NCBI GenBank assembly: GCA_024231955.1
Contig: JAAEPZ010000512.1
Coordinates: 91,578 to 155,577 of the forward strand
From: a bacterium
Lineage (GTDB): Bacteria; Krumholzibacteriota; Krumholzibacteriia; JACNKJ01
Length of the DNA: 64,000 nt
Reading direction: 5' to 3'
The position numbers were made by a program, and so were the translations under genes. The stretch's first letter is position 1. Every line of letters starts with the position of its first letter. Below are positions 20,462 through 29,667 of this stretch, piece after piece. The notes beneath the pieces are model-generated. The model did not search any database. It saw only the letters and a list, made by a program, of their open reading frames with translations, and was not told the DNA's origin.

Positions 20462-23400
20462 TTATTTCAGAAGCAGCATCCGGGCTTTCAAGGTCCTGTC
20501 GCCTGCGGTCAGGCTGTAGAAATACAACCCCGTCGCCAGCGGCGCGCCCTCCGCGTCGGTGCCGCTCCAGACCACCTCATGCCTGCCGGCGGGCAAGGTC
20601 TCGTCCACCAGGACCCGCACCCGGCGACCGCCGACATCGTAGATCTCAAGCCGGGCTCTCTCCGCAGTGGGGAGACCGAAGCTGATGGTCGTACTGGGGT
20701 TGAAAGGGTTCGGGTGATTCTGCGCCAGGAACATCGCCGCCGGCGTCTCCCCGACATCCGTGCCGCCGACACTGAGCGAGACGGTCACCGTTCGGATCTC
20801 ACCGGCGTTGTTCTTCACCAGCAGCACAGCTTCGTGAAGACCGCCTGCAAGCCCACTTGCGTTGATGGTCAACTCGACCTCATCTTCAAATCCCCCCACG
20901 AGCATGCCGGTATACCGAGAGGGTGTGATCCAGGCAACGGATTCACCGATCATGAACTCGTCCAGGGAAACATCGCTGATGCTCGGATCCGCCATATCGC
21001 TGATCCGCATCAGGCAGTGCGCGCTCGCCTCACCCGTCACCGTCCAGGTGTAGACCCCTGTAGCGACGGCAAGATCCTCGGCCAGCGTCTCCCAGCTGTC
21101 GCCGCCGTTGCGGCTGAGCTCCAGGCGGATGCTCGACAGGTCGCCCCCACCCTCGAACAGGATCTCCTGCTCGTCACCGAGCGCCCAATATTCGCCGCCA
21201 TTCGGCGACAGCAACTTCACGCTCTCCCCGATGAAGGTGAATTCGATAAGCCCGCTCACGATGGAGGGGGCGCTCATGCCGTAGCCCTGCAGGTTGTAGA
21301 TCACCGTCACATCATCCTCAAGGTGATCGCCGAAAGTCAGATTGAGGCGCGACCATGCAGTATTGCCCCCCTCCATCCAGCCCCAATCCCAGACGGGATT
21401 GGCGCCGTCGCCTGTCGGTCCGCCGAACGGAAAATCATTGCCGGGGCTGTAGAATGGAGTGCCGCTGTTGACCGTAACGCCAACGGGGAAATCCATATTC
21501 ATCCCGACGATGTAATCCCAGTCCGTGGTTTGACAATCGACGGTGAATATCACATCCCTGGTTGTCCCGGAATCGAACTCGGTGACGTTGGCCACCATGG
21601 TCGAACCGGCGATGCCCCGCTCCCCCGATTGACGCGGAGCACCAACGATGTCGGGATCCGACAGCAGCAGCTCATAGCTGAGAATGGAGTTCTCGTCGCC
21701 ATTGTTGGCTATGCGCACCGTCCGCCGCGTCTGCTGCCCCGGCGACAACACCACGGAGATCGAGCCCGGCGTCACATCGCAGGTCGGCTGGAGCGACAGG
21801 TCCAGCGGTACGATCCGCAACGCGCGGCCGCTGATCAGATCCGCCGCCCCCGCCGGATACTCGCTCCAATAGGTATAGGTGAGGCCATCATCACGCAGAT
21901 GGTTCTGGATGCCGACCGTGCCGCAACCGTTGGTGAAGTCGTAATTGCTCACCTCCGCATACTGGAAGATGATCTCGCCGTCACCTGTATTGGTGGGATG
22001 ATGCGCCGGATCGAGCAGTATCAGCTCGAAGGTCTGATAGCCGCCGGCGCCGTTCGCCATGTGACTCCACTCGATCACCAGGCGATGCTCATCCTCATCG
22101 TACCAGCGGTAGACCCTGTGCGAACCGGTCTGCACGAGGTTGTCCCAGAAGGGTGCGATCATGCCCGGCGCCGTATGGCTGCTGGGCAGGTTGAAGTTGC
22201 GGTAGAATCGCGTCGAGGTCTCACCCATGGCGATCCAGCCGTTGGAGCAGATCGAGATCTTGTCGTACTCGATGCCGTAGAATTTGAAAGTGAAGGGGAG
22301 GATGTAGACCCTGGTGTCATCCTGCTCGTAGTTGAAATCGGTCAGCCCGACATCCGTGCCGGGTCCCCCCAGGTTGGGGTTGATCTCGACCCAATCGTAA
22401 ACCGGCACCTGCTGATATGCCGTATCGGTATCATCGAAGATGTAGTAGCCGTAGGCGTCGGGACCAAACGGATCGCTGCTCTCCCGCTCACCGATGGGCA
22501 GGTAGAAAACAAGTTCGCTGGCCGCCCGATCGTTGTACTCCAGCACCAGTTTGAGACGGGCGCGATGCCCCACGAAACAGTAGGTGGCTATCGTCAGATC
22601 GAACGGGTCCGCTCCGTTGTCCGCCGAGCCGCCCGCCGCCAGCGCCGAGATGTCGGCCAGACCATCGGTGATCGTCACCTGAGGGTCCAGGCTCTCCAGC
22701 CTTGCGGCGATGCTGCCTGTGGCCAACTCGCCCAGGTTATGCACCTCTACCCGCAGCTCACCCTCGTCACCGGGTTCGGCGACGCCATCGCCGAGCCAGA
22801 CGGCCTCGACCAGTTCAAGAGTCGATCCCTTCACGACCAGGCTCAAGGTCGACTCCCAACTCTCCAGTCCGTTGTCGGCCGTGAGGCCGAACTGGATCAC
22901 ATGGCCGTCGGGAGCGGTCGCCGCCAGTTCGAAATCGAAATCCTCGTCGCACCAGACGGGCGAACTGCTGTTGATCGTGGCGAAGGTCTCCTCGGCATCG
23001 GTGATGGTGACAAGGGGATCACTGCAGCTCAGGGTGGCCGTAACCGAGTTCAGGATACCCAATCCGAGGTAACGAAGTGATGTCCTCAGTTCGATCGTCT
23101 CGCCGGGATTCACCACGCCATCGCCGTTGCCCACACTCGCACCGCTCAGATCATCGTCGACGGCGATCTCGTCGAGAGCGAGGAAGTTGCTGCCGCCGAT
23201 GGTCAAAGCCCCTCGGTGCGGCATCAGGTTGTGACCGTACACGGTCACCTTCAACTCGCCCGAGGTCAATCCGCTCACGGGGAGCAGCGCCTGCCCGGAA
23301 TCATCGGTGAGAGCGGTGACCCGCACCTCGCCATCCTTGAAGGCCGCGACGCGGGCGCCCGCCACGGGCGCCCCCTCACTGGACACGGTGACCGGCACCC

Positions 23401-25171
23401 CGCTGGCCAGGGTGGGCAGCGCAGCCGGATAGGAGACGTCTAGCGCCGCGGGATAGTCCATCCACATGTTGGTGGCCGGATCGCCCATGAGCGTGTTCCA
23501 CATCGACCAGATCTCCACCTTGCTGGGCTCGATGGAGTTGTAGTTGATGAACAACTCGAGTTTGCCCCGCGTAAGGGCGTACCCCAGGCGATGGTCACTG
23601 CCGTTGAGCATCCCCTGCCAGGTGCCGATGAAGAAGCAGTTGTTGTAGCGGGTGTGCGTGCCGGGGGTGGCGGTGCCGATGCTGCCCACCGCGCCGCCGC
23701 CGTCACAGCGGAGGAACGCCTCGGAGCGACAGTTGGACTCCTCGGAGAAGGAGCCCGTTTCACAGGTCGGCAGGACCGCGAAGGGGAGCTTGTAGCCATT
23801 GGACATGTAGCCGATGTGGTTGGCGCTCAATCCACTCATGTTGCCGAATCCGCGATAGGCGAAGACACTGATGCCCCGGCTGGTGGAGTTGATCATCTGG
23901 GTGGCGAAGTTGCCGCTGAAGATGCTGTCCACCTCGGTGTAGCCCACCTTCAGCAACTCGGCCTTCACCCATTGCGCGCAGTAAATCGTGGTGATGCCCG
24001 ATCCGTTGGGATCGCCGATCACCGTGGCCCGGGTGAACCAGTCGCTGTCGGTCAACGGCGGGTCGGTTTCGTAGGTGACGATCTTGTCCACGATCACACC
24101 CAGCTCGGTCGTATTCCGGCAGGACAGACGGCCGATGTGGATATCGGCCAGGACATCGTCACCCTCCAGCTTCGTGTAGTAGTGATCGCCCTCGCCATTG
24201 TAGCCCGACAGTGTTTCATACGAACAGGGCACCGCCACCGTACCGTTGGCGTCACCGACCAGCAACACGTGCTCCAGCGGTGGATCGATCGTGTCGTAGA
24301 TCGTCTGGATATGATTCTTGATCTGACTCGACGAACTGCCCGTCTCGGCCAGTGTGGCCAGGCGCACGTTGTAACCCTGCCGCCGGCGCCAGTCCAGCAA
24401 CGGCTCCAACTCCTGGATCACGCTGCTGTTGTGGGGGCAGATGACCAGATAGGTGCCCGGACCCGTCTGGACATCGAGGAGCCCGGCCAGTGCCCGGGAG
24501 TCGCCGTTGAACAGAACGTCACGGTAAAGACGCGCGAAGGATTCGGGCAAAAAGGTCGGAGCGGCAACCGCGGTCCGCTCGCCGGTCTCACGGTACTCGA
24601 GCTCCAGCTCAATGGTTTCGTACACCAGCAGCTTGCCGCTTGTCGGTTGGTAGGCGACCGGATTGACGGTCACCGGCATCACGCGCAAACCGCGGAGATA
24701 GCCGATCTCCCCGGACCGGATCAGCGCGACTTCATCCATGGCGCGAGTCCGATAATAGGCGCGATCGATCACGGCCTCGGCGGCGTCGTCCGGTTGCACG
24801 GGGAGAATCCGGAATCCGGACAGTTCACGTTGACGGGTATCCCTGACCCGCAGCGCAACGTCGCAACCCTCCGGAACGGCGATCAGACCCGAGAAGACAG
24901 GCAGACCGGCCTGGCCGCTCTGCCCGCGAATATCTCCACCCGGGATGGTGAGCGCCTGCCAGTTCTCGCCATCAACGACGAGATCCTCGCGGGATAATGT
25001 GGGAAACGAGATGGTTATAACCGAAAAATCGCTCCGATCCTCGCTCATGGTGATCACCGGTTCATCACCGGCATCCGGGATCAAAACGATCTTTTGCGTG
25101 TCCGTATCAGCCTGACAGAGACCTGCGCACAACAGGAGTGCCAGACAGGTCAGCCCAAGTACCCGCCTCAT
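20462..25171 (-). CDS. C25 (gingipain-like) cysteine peptidase family protein, T9SS cargo, paralog 1 (possibly catalytically impaired)
   Basis: Signal peptide MRRVLGLTCLALLLCAGLCQA. C25 core 'VLLVGDANGT...GDHYYTKLEGDDVLADIHIGRLS...PTCETGSF'. Several Ig-like/Asp-box modules. C-terminal 'LAQNHPNPFNPSTTISFGLP...GLYFYSLTAGDRTLKARMLLLK' is the T9SS CTD. Confidence 0.7.
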   Translation of the reverse strand: MRRVLGLTCLALLLCAGLCQADTDTQKIVLIPDAGDEPVITMSEDRSDFSVITISFPTLSREDLVVDGENWQALTIPGGDIRGQSGQAGLPVFSGLIAVPEGCDVALRVRDTRQRELSGFRILPVQPDDAAEAVIDRAYYRTRAMDEVALIRSGEIGYLRGLRVMPVTVNPVAYQPTSGKLLVYETIELELEYRETGERTAVAAPTFLPESFARLYRDVLFNGDSRALAGLLDVQTGPGTYLVICPHNSSVIQELEPLLDWRRRQGYNVRLATLAETGSSSSQIKNHIQTIYDTIDPPLEHVLLVGDANGTVAVPCSYETLSGYNGEGDHYYTKLEGDDVLADIHIGRLSCRNTTELGVIVDKIVTYETDPPLTDSDWFTRATVIGDPNGSGITTIYCAQWVKAELLKVGYTEVDSIFSGNFATQMINSTSRGISVFAYRGFGNMSGLSANHIGYMSNGYKLPFAVLPTCETGSFSEESNCRSEAFLRCDGGGAVGSIGTATPGTHTRYNNCFFIGTWQGMLNGSDHRLGYALTRGKLELFINYNSIEPSKVEIWSMWNTLMGDPATNMWMDYPAALDVSYPAALPTLASGVPVTVSSEGAPVAGARVAAFKDGEVRVTALTDDSGQALLPVSGLTSGELKVTVYGHNLMPHRGALTIGGSNFLALDEIAVDDDLSGASVGNGDGVVNPGETIELRTSLRYLGLGILNSVTATLSCSDPLVTITDAEETFATINSSSPVWCDEDFDFELAATAPDGHVIQFGLTADNGLESWESTLSLVVKGSTLELVEAVWLGDGVAEPGDEGELRVEVHNLGELATGSIAARLESLDPQVTITDGLADISALAAGGSADNGADPFDLTIATYCFVGHRARLKLVLEYNDRAASELVFYLPIGERESSDPFGPDAYGYYIFDDTDTAYQQVPVYDWVEINPNLGGPGTDVGLTDFNYEQDDTRVYILPFTFKFYGIEYDKISICSNGWIAMGETSTRFYRNFNLPSSHTAPGMIAPFWDNLVQTGSHRVYRWYDEDEHRLVIEWSHMANGAGGYQTFELILLDPAHHPTNTGDGEIIFQYAEVSNYDFTNGCGTVGIQNHLRDDGLTYTYWSEYPAGAADLISGRALRIVPLDLSLQPTCDVTPGSISVVLSPGQQTRRTVRIANNGDENSILSYELLLSDPDIVGAPRQSGERGIAGSTMVANVTEFDSGTTRDVIFTVDCQTTDWDYIVGMNMDFPVGVTVNSGTPFYSPGNDFPFGGPTGDGANPVWDWGWMEGGNTAWSRLNLTFGDHLEDDVTVIYNLQGYGMSAPSIVSGLIEFTFIGESVKLLSPNGGEYWALGDEQEILFEGGGDLSSIRLELSRNGGDSWETLAEDLAVATGVYTWTVTGEASAHCLMRISDMADPSISDVSLDEFMIGESVAWITPSRYTGMLVGGFEDEVELTINASGLAGGLHEAVLLVKNNAGEIRTVTVSLSVGGTDVGETPAAMFLAQNHPNPFNPSTTISFGLPTAERARLEIYDVGGRRVRVLVDETLPAGRHEVVWSGTDAEGAPLATGLYFYSLTAGDRTLKARMLLLK

Positions 25172-25406
25172 TGGTTTCCCCCTCCAATATGTCGCCATCA
25201 TTTGCCCAACGGCGGAACATCTCGACATGGGATCGACGATGTTAATGACAGCTGATGATTCGTCACAAACTGTGACGGCTTAACGTGATCTTATTTTATC
25301 AGATATACATGTGCCGAGCCATGACAATCGTGGGGCGGCCATAAACGGAAGAGTGGAGATCGCAGGGCGACCTCCACTCTTCTTATATGCTTAATGCCGG
25401 ACTGAA

Positions 25407-28400
25407 TCACTTCAGCAGCAGCATCTTGGCTTTGAGCACCCGGTCACCGGCGGTCAGACTGTAGAAATACAGCCCCGTAGCCAGTGCGGTGCCCCCATCA
25501 TCCGTGCCGTCCCAGGTCGCCTGATGACGCCCAGCCGGAAGAGCTTCGTTAAGAAGCACACGCACCCGGCGACCGCTGACATCGAAGACCTCTAGACGGG
25601 CCTGCCCCGCTTCGGGCAGACCGAAAGAGATCTGCGTGGTCGGGTTGAAGGGGTTCGGGTGATTCTGCGCCAGGTAGATCGCAGCCGGAGTATCCACGAC
25701 ACCGGTGCCGTCGCTGACGATCAGCGTCACCGGCACCATCTTCACGCCACCGGTCGCGAGTTCGATGCGCAGACGAGCGTTGTAGGTGCCCTGCTCCAGA
25801 CCGGCGGTATCGAAACCGATCTCAATCTCAACGGTCTCACCGACGGAGATGTCACCCTCGATCGTGGCCGGCTGTAGCCAGACCGGGAACGCGCCACCGA
25901 TATCGGCCGTCATTTTCTCGATGGTGAAGTGCAGACGCGAACCGGCATCGCCGGTATTGGCTAGGGTCAACAGTTTCGACCCGGTGTCGCCGGGCATCAA
26001 CGTGGAGGAGAGAGAACCCGGCATGATCTCGATCTCCGGCGTCAGAGTCAGCGCCTTCGGCACGAAGCGGATTGCCCGTCCCGCGACCAGCGTCGACGAG
26101 CCCGGGGTGTACTGATTCCAGTAGGTGTAGAGCAGACCGTCGGTGCGATCCGGATTCTGGATGCCGACTGTGGCGTAGCCGTTCGTGGAGTCGTTGTTCA
26201 CGATCTGCTGATACTGGAAGATGATCTCGCCATCGCCGGTTTCGGTCGGGTGATGAGCCGGATCAAGCAGGATCATCTCGAAAATCTGCGCCGTTGAGCC
26301 CTGCCCCCGTACACGACTCCACTCGATGTAGTAACTGTGGTTCGCGCTGTCGTGATAGTAGTACACGTTGCCGCCATAGGTCTGGACGAGGTTGTCCCAG
26401 AACGGAGCGATCATGGAGTTCGGACTCCCTGCCGAGGGGATACTCCAGTTGCGATAATGAACCAGCGAGGTCACCCCCATGGCCGCCCAACCATTGGAGC
26501 AGACGGAGATCTGGTTGTAGTCGACACCGTAATAGGTGAACGTGAAGGGGAGATCGAGCACGCGTGTATCGTCATCTTCGTAGGAGTAATCGGTCAGGCC
26601 CACGGAGGTGCCGGGACCGGAGAAATTAGGATCTATCTCCAGCCAGTCGTATACGGGTGCTTCATCGTAGGAGGTGTCGGTGTTGTCGAAGGCGAAGTAG
26701 CCGTAGGTGTCGGGACCGGTGGGATCATCGCTGGAGATATTGCCTATCGCCAGACTGAACGGGATCACGGCAGCGGCGCCTTCATTATAAGTCAACACCA
26801 GTTCACATTGCGCCAGATGCCCCTGCGCGCAATCGTCGGCTATCGCGATCTGGAAAGGCACAGAGGCGTTGTCCCCCGAACTGGACACGGGGATGGTCCC
26901 CACCTGCGCATCACTCTCCGTGATCTCGACCCAGGGGCTGTTCGAGAAGAGCCTGGCCTCGACGGCGGCGGCGGCGAGACTGCCGCTGTTGAGCAGGCTG
27001 ACCACCAGACCACCCGTTTCGCCCGGATCCGGCGTGGCACCGCTCCCCTGCCAGGTCCAGGAGTCGAAGTTCAGAAGGGCGCTCTGGACATCGATCCGCA
27101 CCTGGGAGCGCCAGGGAGCCCCCTCCGCGCCGATCTCCATATTGAAGATCAACGTCTCCCCATCTTCGGCATAGGGGGAGACATTGAATACATAGCTCCC
27201 CTCGGACCACACCTTCTGGTGACCGGAGATGATGCCGAACGGTTCAACATCGTCATGGATATCGATATGCGGGTTGTCGCAATACATCCTGGCGTCGATT
27301 CCCAGGAACGGAGTCGTACCGAGATTGAGCAGGGCAAGCTGCAGTTCGATTGTTTCGCCGGGGTTGATGATCATGTCGTCATTCCCCTTGCTGGCCCCGG
27401 CATTATCGTCGTCGATCATCTGGTCATCCACGGTCAGTCCGGACACCGGACTCAGCATCAGCGAACCCAGATAGGGGCGCAGGTTGAATCCGCTTACGGT
27501 CACCAGCAGCTCACCCTCCGTATAATCGGCCAGCGGCAGATAGACATCACCATGTTCATCGGTGTAGGCCGAGATCTGAACCTCATCCTCCTTGTAGAGA
27601 GCGACCAGGGCGGAGGTCACCGGATGCTGGCCATCGGTGACATTCACCATCACCATATCGGCGCCCAGCGGCAGCGTGGAGGGGTGCTCAACGGCGAGTT
27701 CGGTCGGAACAGCGGTGCGCAGCTGCACCACGGGGTCGCCCATCAGGTTGTTCCAGACGCACCAGGCCTCGACTGTGCCCGGTTGAGTCAGCTGATAGTT
27801 GTTGTACAGCTCAAGTTTGCCCCTGGTGTGGGCCGCACCGAACTGATGGCTGGCGCCGTTGAGGGCACCCTCCCAGACACCGTGGTAGTAGCAGTTGTTG
27901 TAGCGGGTATGGGTGGCGATCGTCGCGGTACCCACCGAAGCGATCCCGCCGCCGTTGGCGGCTCGCAGGAATGCCTCCGAACGGCAGGTATTGTCATCGG
28001 AGAAGGACCCCGTATCGCAGGTCACCACAATCGCCAACGGCAGTTTGTCGCCGTTGGTCATGGCCAGTATCTGGGTCGAACTCACTTCGCTCATGTGCCA
28101 ATAGCCGCGGTATCCGAATGCGGAGATACCCTGATTGACGCCATTCTGAATCTGACTGGAGAAGTTGCCGCCCCAGATCGTATCGACCTGAGAGTAGCCG
28201 TTGGCCAGTAACTGACCCTTCAGCCACTGGTTCACGTAGATCGTGGTGATGCCCGACGAAGAGGGATCGCCGACCAGACAGGCTCGGGAGAACCAGCCGG
28301 AATCGGCGAGCGGCGGGTCGAGTTCGTAGGTGAGGATCTTGTCGATGATCACATCCAGATCAGCGGTGGTGCGAATCGACAGCCGACCGATATGGATATC

Positions 28401-29423
28401 GGCCAACACATCACTGCCCGCGAGCATCGTATAATAGTGATCCCCCTCACCACCGGCGATCAAACCCTCATACCAGCAGGGGACGGAGTAGGTGCCGTTG
28501 GCGTCGCCGACCAGCACCACATGCTCGAGGGGCGGCCAGATCGAGTTGTAGGCGCCCTGGATGTAGTCCAGAATCTGTCCGGAGGTGCTGCCGGCCGATT
28601 GCGTCGACAGAATCACCCGATAGCCCTGGCGACGACGCCATTCGAGCAGCGGTTCGAGTCTGCTGGTCACTGCGGAGTAGTTCGGCGCGATATACAGGAT
28701 TGTCCCGGGCCCGATAATGGTGTCGTCCGAGCGGTCGGAACCGGCTCCGTTGTAGTTGAGCACCATGTCGGCATAGATATCCACGAAGGACTGGGGTATG
28801 AAGTTCCGGTTCGGGGGCGCGGGAGCGCGGTCGTCCTCGCCGCTGAACTCGAAAACGACCTCGAGGCGGTGGGCGACTGTGACGGTGCCGGCGACGGGAT
28901 CGTAGCTGACCGGCCGGAAGGTGACCGGCACGACCCTGAGATCCCGGAGGATGGCGGGCGCACCCACCTCAACCCGGGGCGCAGTCCGACCCTTTTCGGC
29001 GTAAGCGGCGCGGTCGATCACCAGGCCGGTGGCGTCATCCGGTTGAACCGGCAGAAGCCGATAATCGTTGAAGCTCGTTTTGTCCTCGGCGGTGACGACA
29101 GACAGCACACCCACACCATCCGGTATCGTGATCATCCGAGTGATCACAGGCAGGCCGGGCCGACCGTCTTCACCCTCAATCGCACCTCCTGGAATCGTAA
29201 GTGCCTGAAACTGCTCACTATCCAGGACCAACTCCTCAAGCCCCAGACTCGGCAGCGTGAACTCGATTTTCAGGGATGTGTCTCTGTCGGTCAGCACCCG
29301 AAATGTCGGCTCGCCGCCGATGTTGTCCGACCCCAGAATCAGATCCGCCGTAGCGGCTGAAAGAGCGGAAGAGAGAAGAACCAAACACAGCAGCAAAACG
29401 CCGCCCGAAAAACTGCGAGACAT
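25407..29423 (-). CDS. C25 (gingipain-like) cysteine peptidase, T9SS cargo, paralog 2
   Basis: Signal peptide MSRSFSGGVLLLCLVLLSSALSA. 'YRGYWHMSE' and 'VVTCDTGSF' align to the gingipain His and Cys motifs (TGHGSE...DVACVNGDF). T9SS CTD 'LAQNHPNPFNPTTQISFGLP...GLYFYSLTAGDRVLKAKMLLLK'. Confidence 0.75.
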   Translation of the reverse strand: MSRSFSGGVLLLCLVLLSSALSAATADLILGSDNIGGEPTFRVLTDRDTSLKIEFTLPSLGLEELVLDSEQFQALTIPGGAIEGEDGRPGLPVITRMITIPDGVGVLSVVTAEDKTSFNDYRLLPVQPDDATGLVIDRAAYAEKGRTAPRVEVGAPAILRDLRVVPVTFRPVSYDPVAGTVTVAHRLEVVFEFSGEDDRAPAPPNRNFIPQSFVDIYADMVLNYNGAGSDRSDDTIIGPGTILYIAPNYSAVTSRLEPLLEWRRRQGYRVILSTQSAGSTSGQILDYIQGAYNSIWPPLEHVVLVGDANGTYSVPCWYEGLIAGGEGDHYYTMLAGSDVLADIHIGRLSIRTTADLDVIIDKILTYELDPPLADSGWFSRACLVGDPSSSGITTIYVNQWLKGQLLANGYSQVDTIWGGNFSSQIQNGVNQGISAFGYRGYWHMSEVSSTQILAMTNGDKLPLAIVVTCDTGSFSDDNTCRSEAFLRAANGGGIASVGTATIATHTRYNNCYYHGVWEGALNGASHQFGAAHTRGKLELYNNYQLTQPGTVEAWCVWNNLMGDPVVQLRTAVPTELAVEHPSTLPLGADMVMVNVTDGQHPVTSALVALYKEDEVQISAYTDEHGDVYLPLADYTEGELLVTVSGFNLRPYLGSLMLSPVSGLTVDDQMIDDDNAGASKGNDDMIINPGETIELQLALLNLGTTPFLGIDARMYCDNPHIDIHDDVEPFGIISGHQKVWSEGSYVFNVSPYAEDGETLIFNMEIGAEGAPWRSQVRIDVQSALLNFDSWTWQGSGATPDPGETGGLVVSLLNSGSLAAAAVEARLFSNSPWVEITESDAQVGTIPVSSSGDNASVPFQIAIADDCAQGHLAQCELVLTYNEGAAAVIPFSLAIGNISSDDPTGPDTYGYFAFDNTDTSYDEAPVYDWLEIDPNFSGPGTSVGLTDYSYEDDDTRVLDLPFTFTYYGVDYNQISVCSNGWAAMGVTSLVHYRNWSIPSAGSPNSMIAPFWDNLVQTYGGNVYYYHDSANHSYYIEWSRVRGQGSTAQIFEMILLDPAHHPTETGDGEIIFQYQQIVNNDSTNGYATVGIQNPDRTDGLLYTYWNQYTPGSSTLVAGRAIRFVPKALTLTPEIEIMPGSLSSTLMPGDTGSKLLTLANTGDAGSRLHFTIEKMTADIGGAFPVWLQPATIEGDISVGETVEIEIGFDTAGLEQGTYNARLRIELATGGVKMVPVTLIVSDGTGVVDTPAAIYLAQNHPNPFNPTTQISFGLPEAGQARLEVFDVSGRRVRVLLNEALPAGRHQATWDGTDDGGTALATGLYFYSLTAGDRVLKAKMLLLK

Positions 29424-29582
29424 ACCTGACCCCCGATTGATGATCGCCATTGGACACCTGCACAACAGCAGGCCCCTCTATTATACCTGTTCTTGGGTAT
29501 GCAACCCAAGGATGGAATCGACAGCATGGATTCACGGATGGGGAAATCGCCCAACAATTCGGGGCTTTTGGCATCTAGAGGC

Positions 29583-29610
29583 TTTACCTACGCGGTGAAG
29601 TTGCTATAAT
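29583..29610 (+). promoter_or_regulatory. Sigma70-like promoter upstream of the acyl-CoA dehydrogenase gene
   Basis: 'TTTACC' -35 element, 16-bp spacer, 'TATAAT' -10 element at 29605-29610, followed by a T7 run. Confidence 0.35.
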
Positions 29611-29667
29611 GCGCGCCTGCGTTTTTTTATAGAAATCAATGAATCAGTGAAAAGGATGTGGAGCAAG

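Noticed and set aside
29466-29646. Possible terminator at the T7 run (29623-29629) after 'gcgcgcctgcg'.
   Set aside because: The preceding GC segment does not form a convincing stem. The stretch lies between a -10 box and the acyl-CoA dehydrogenase RBS, so it is more likely 5' leader sequence.
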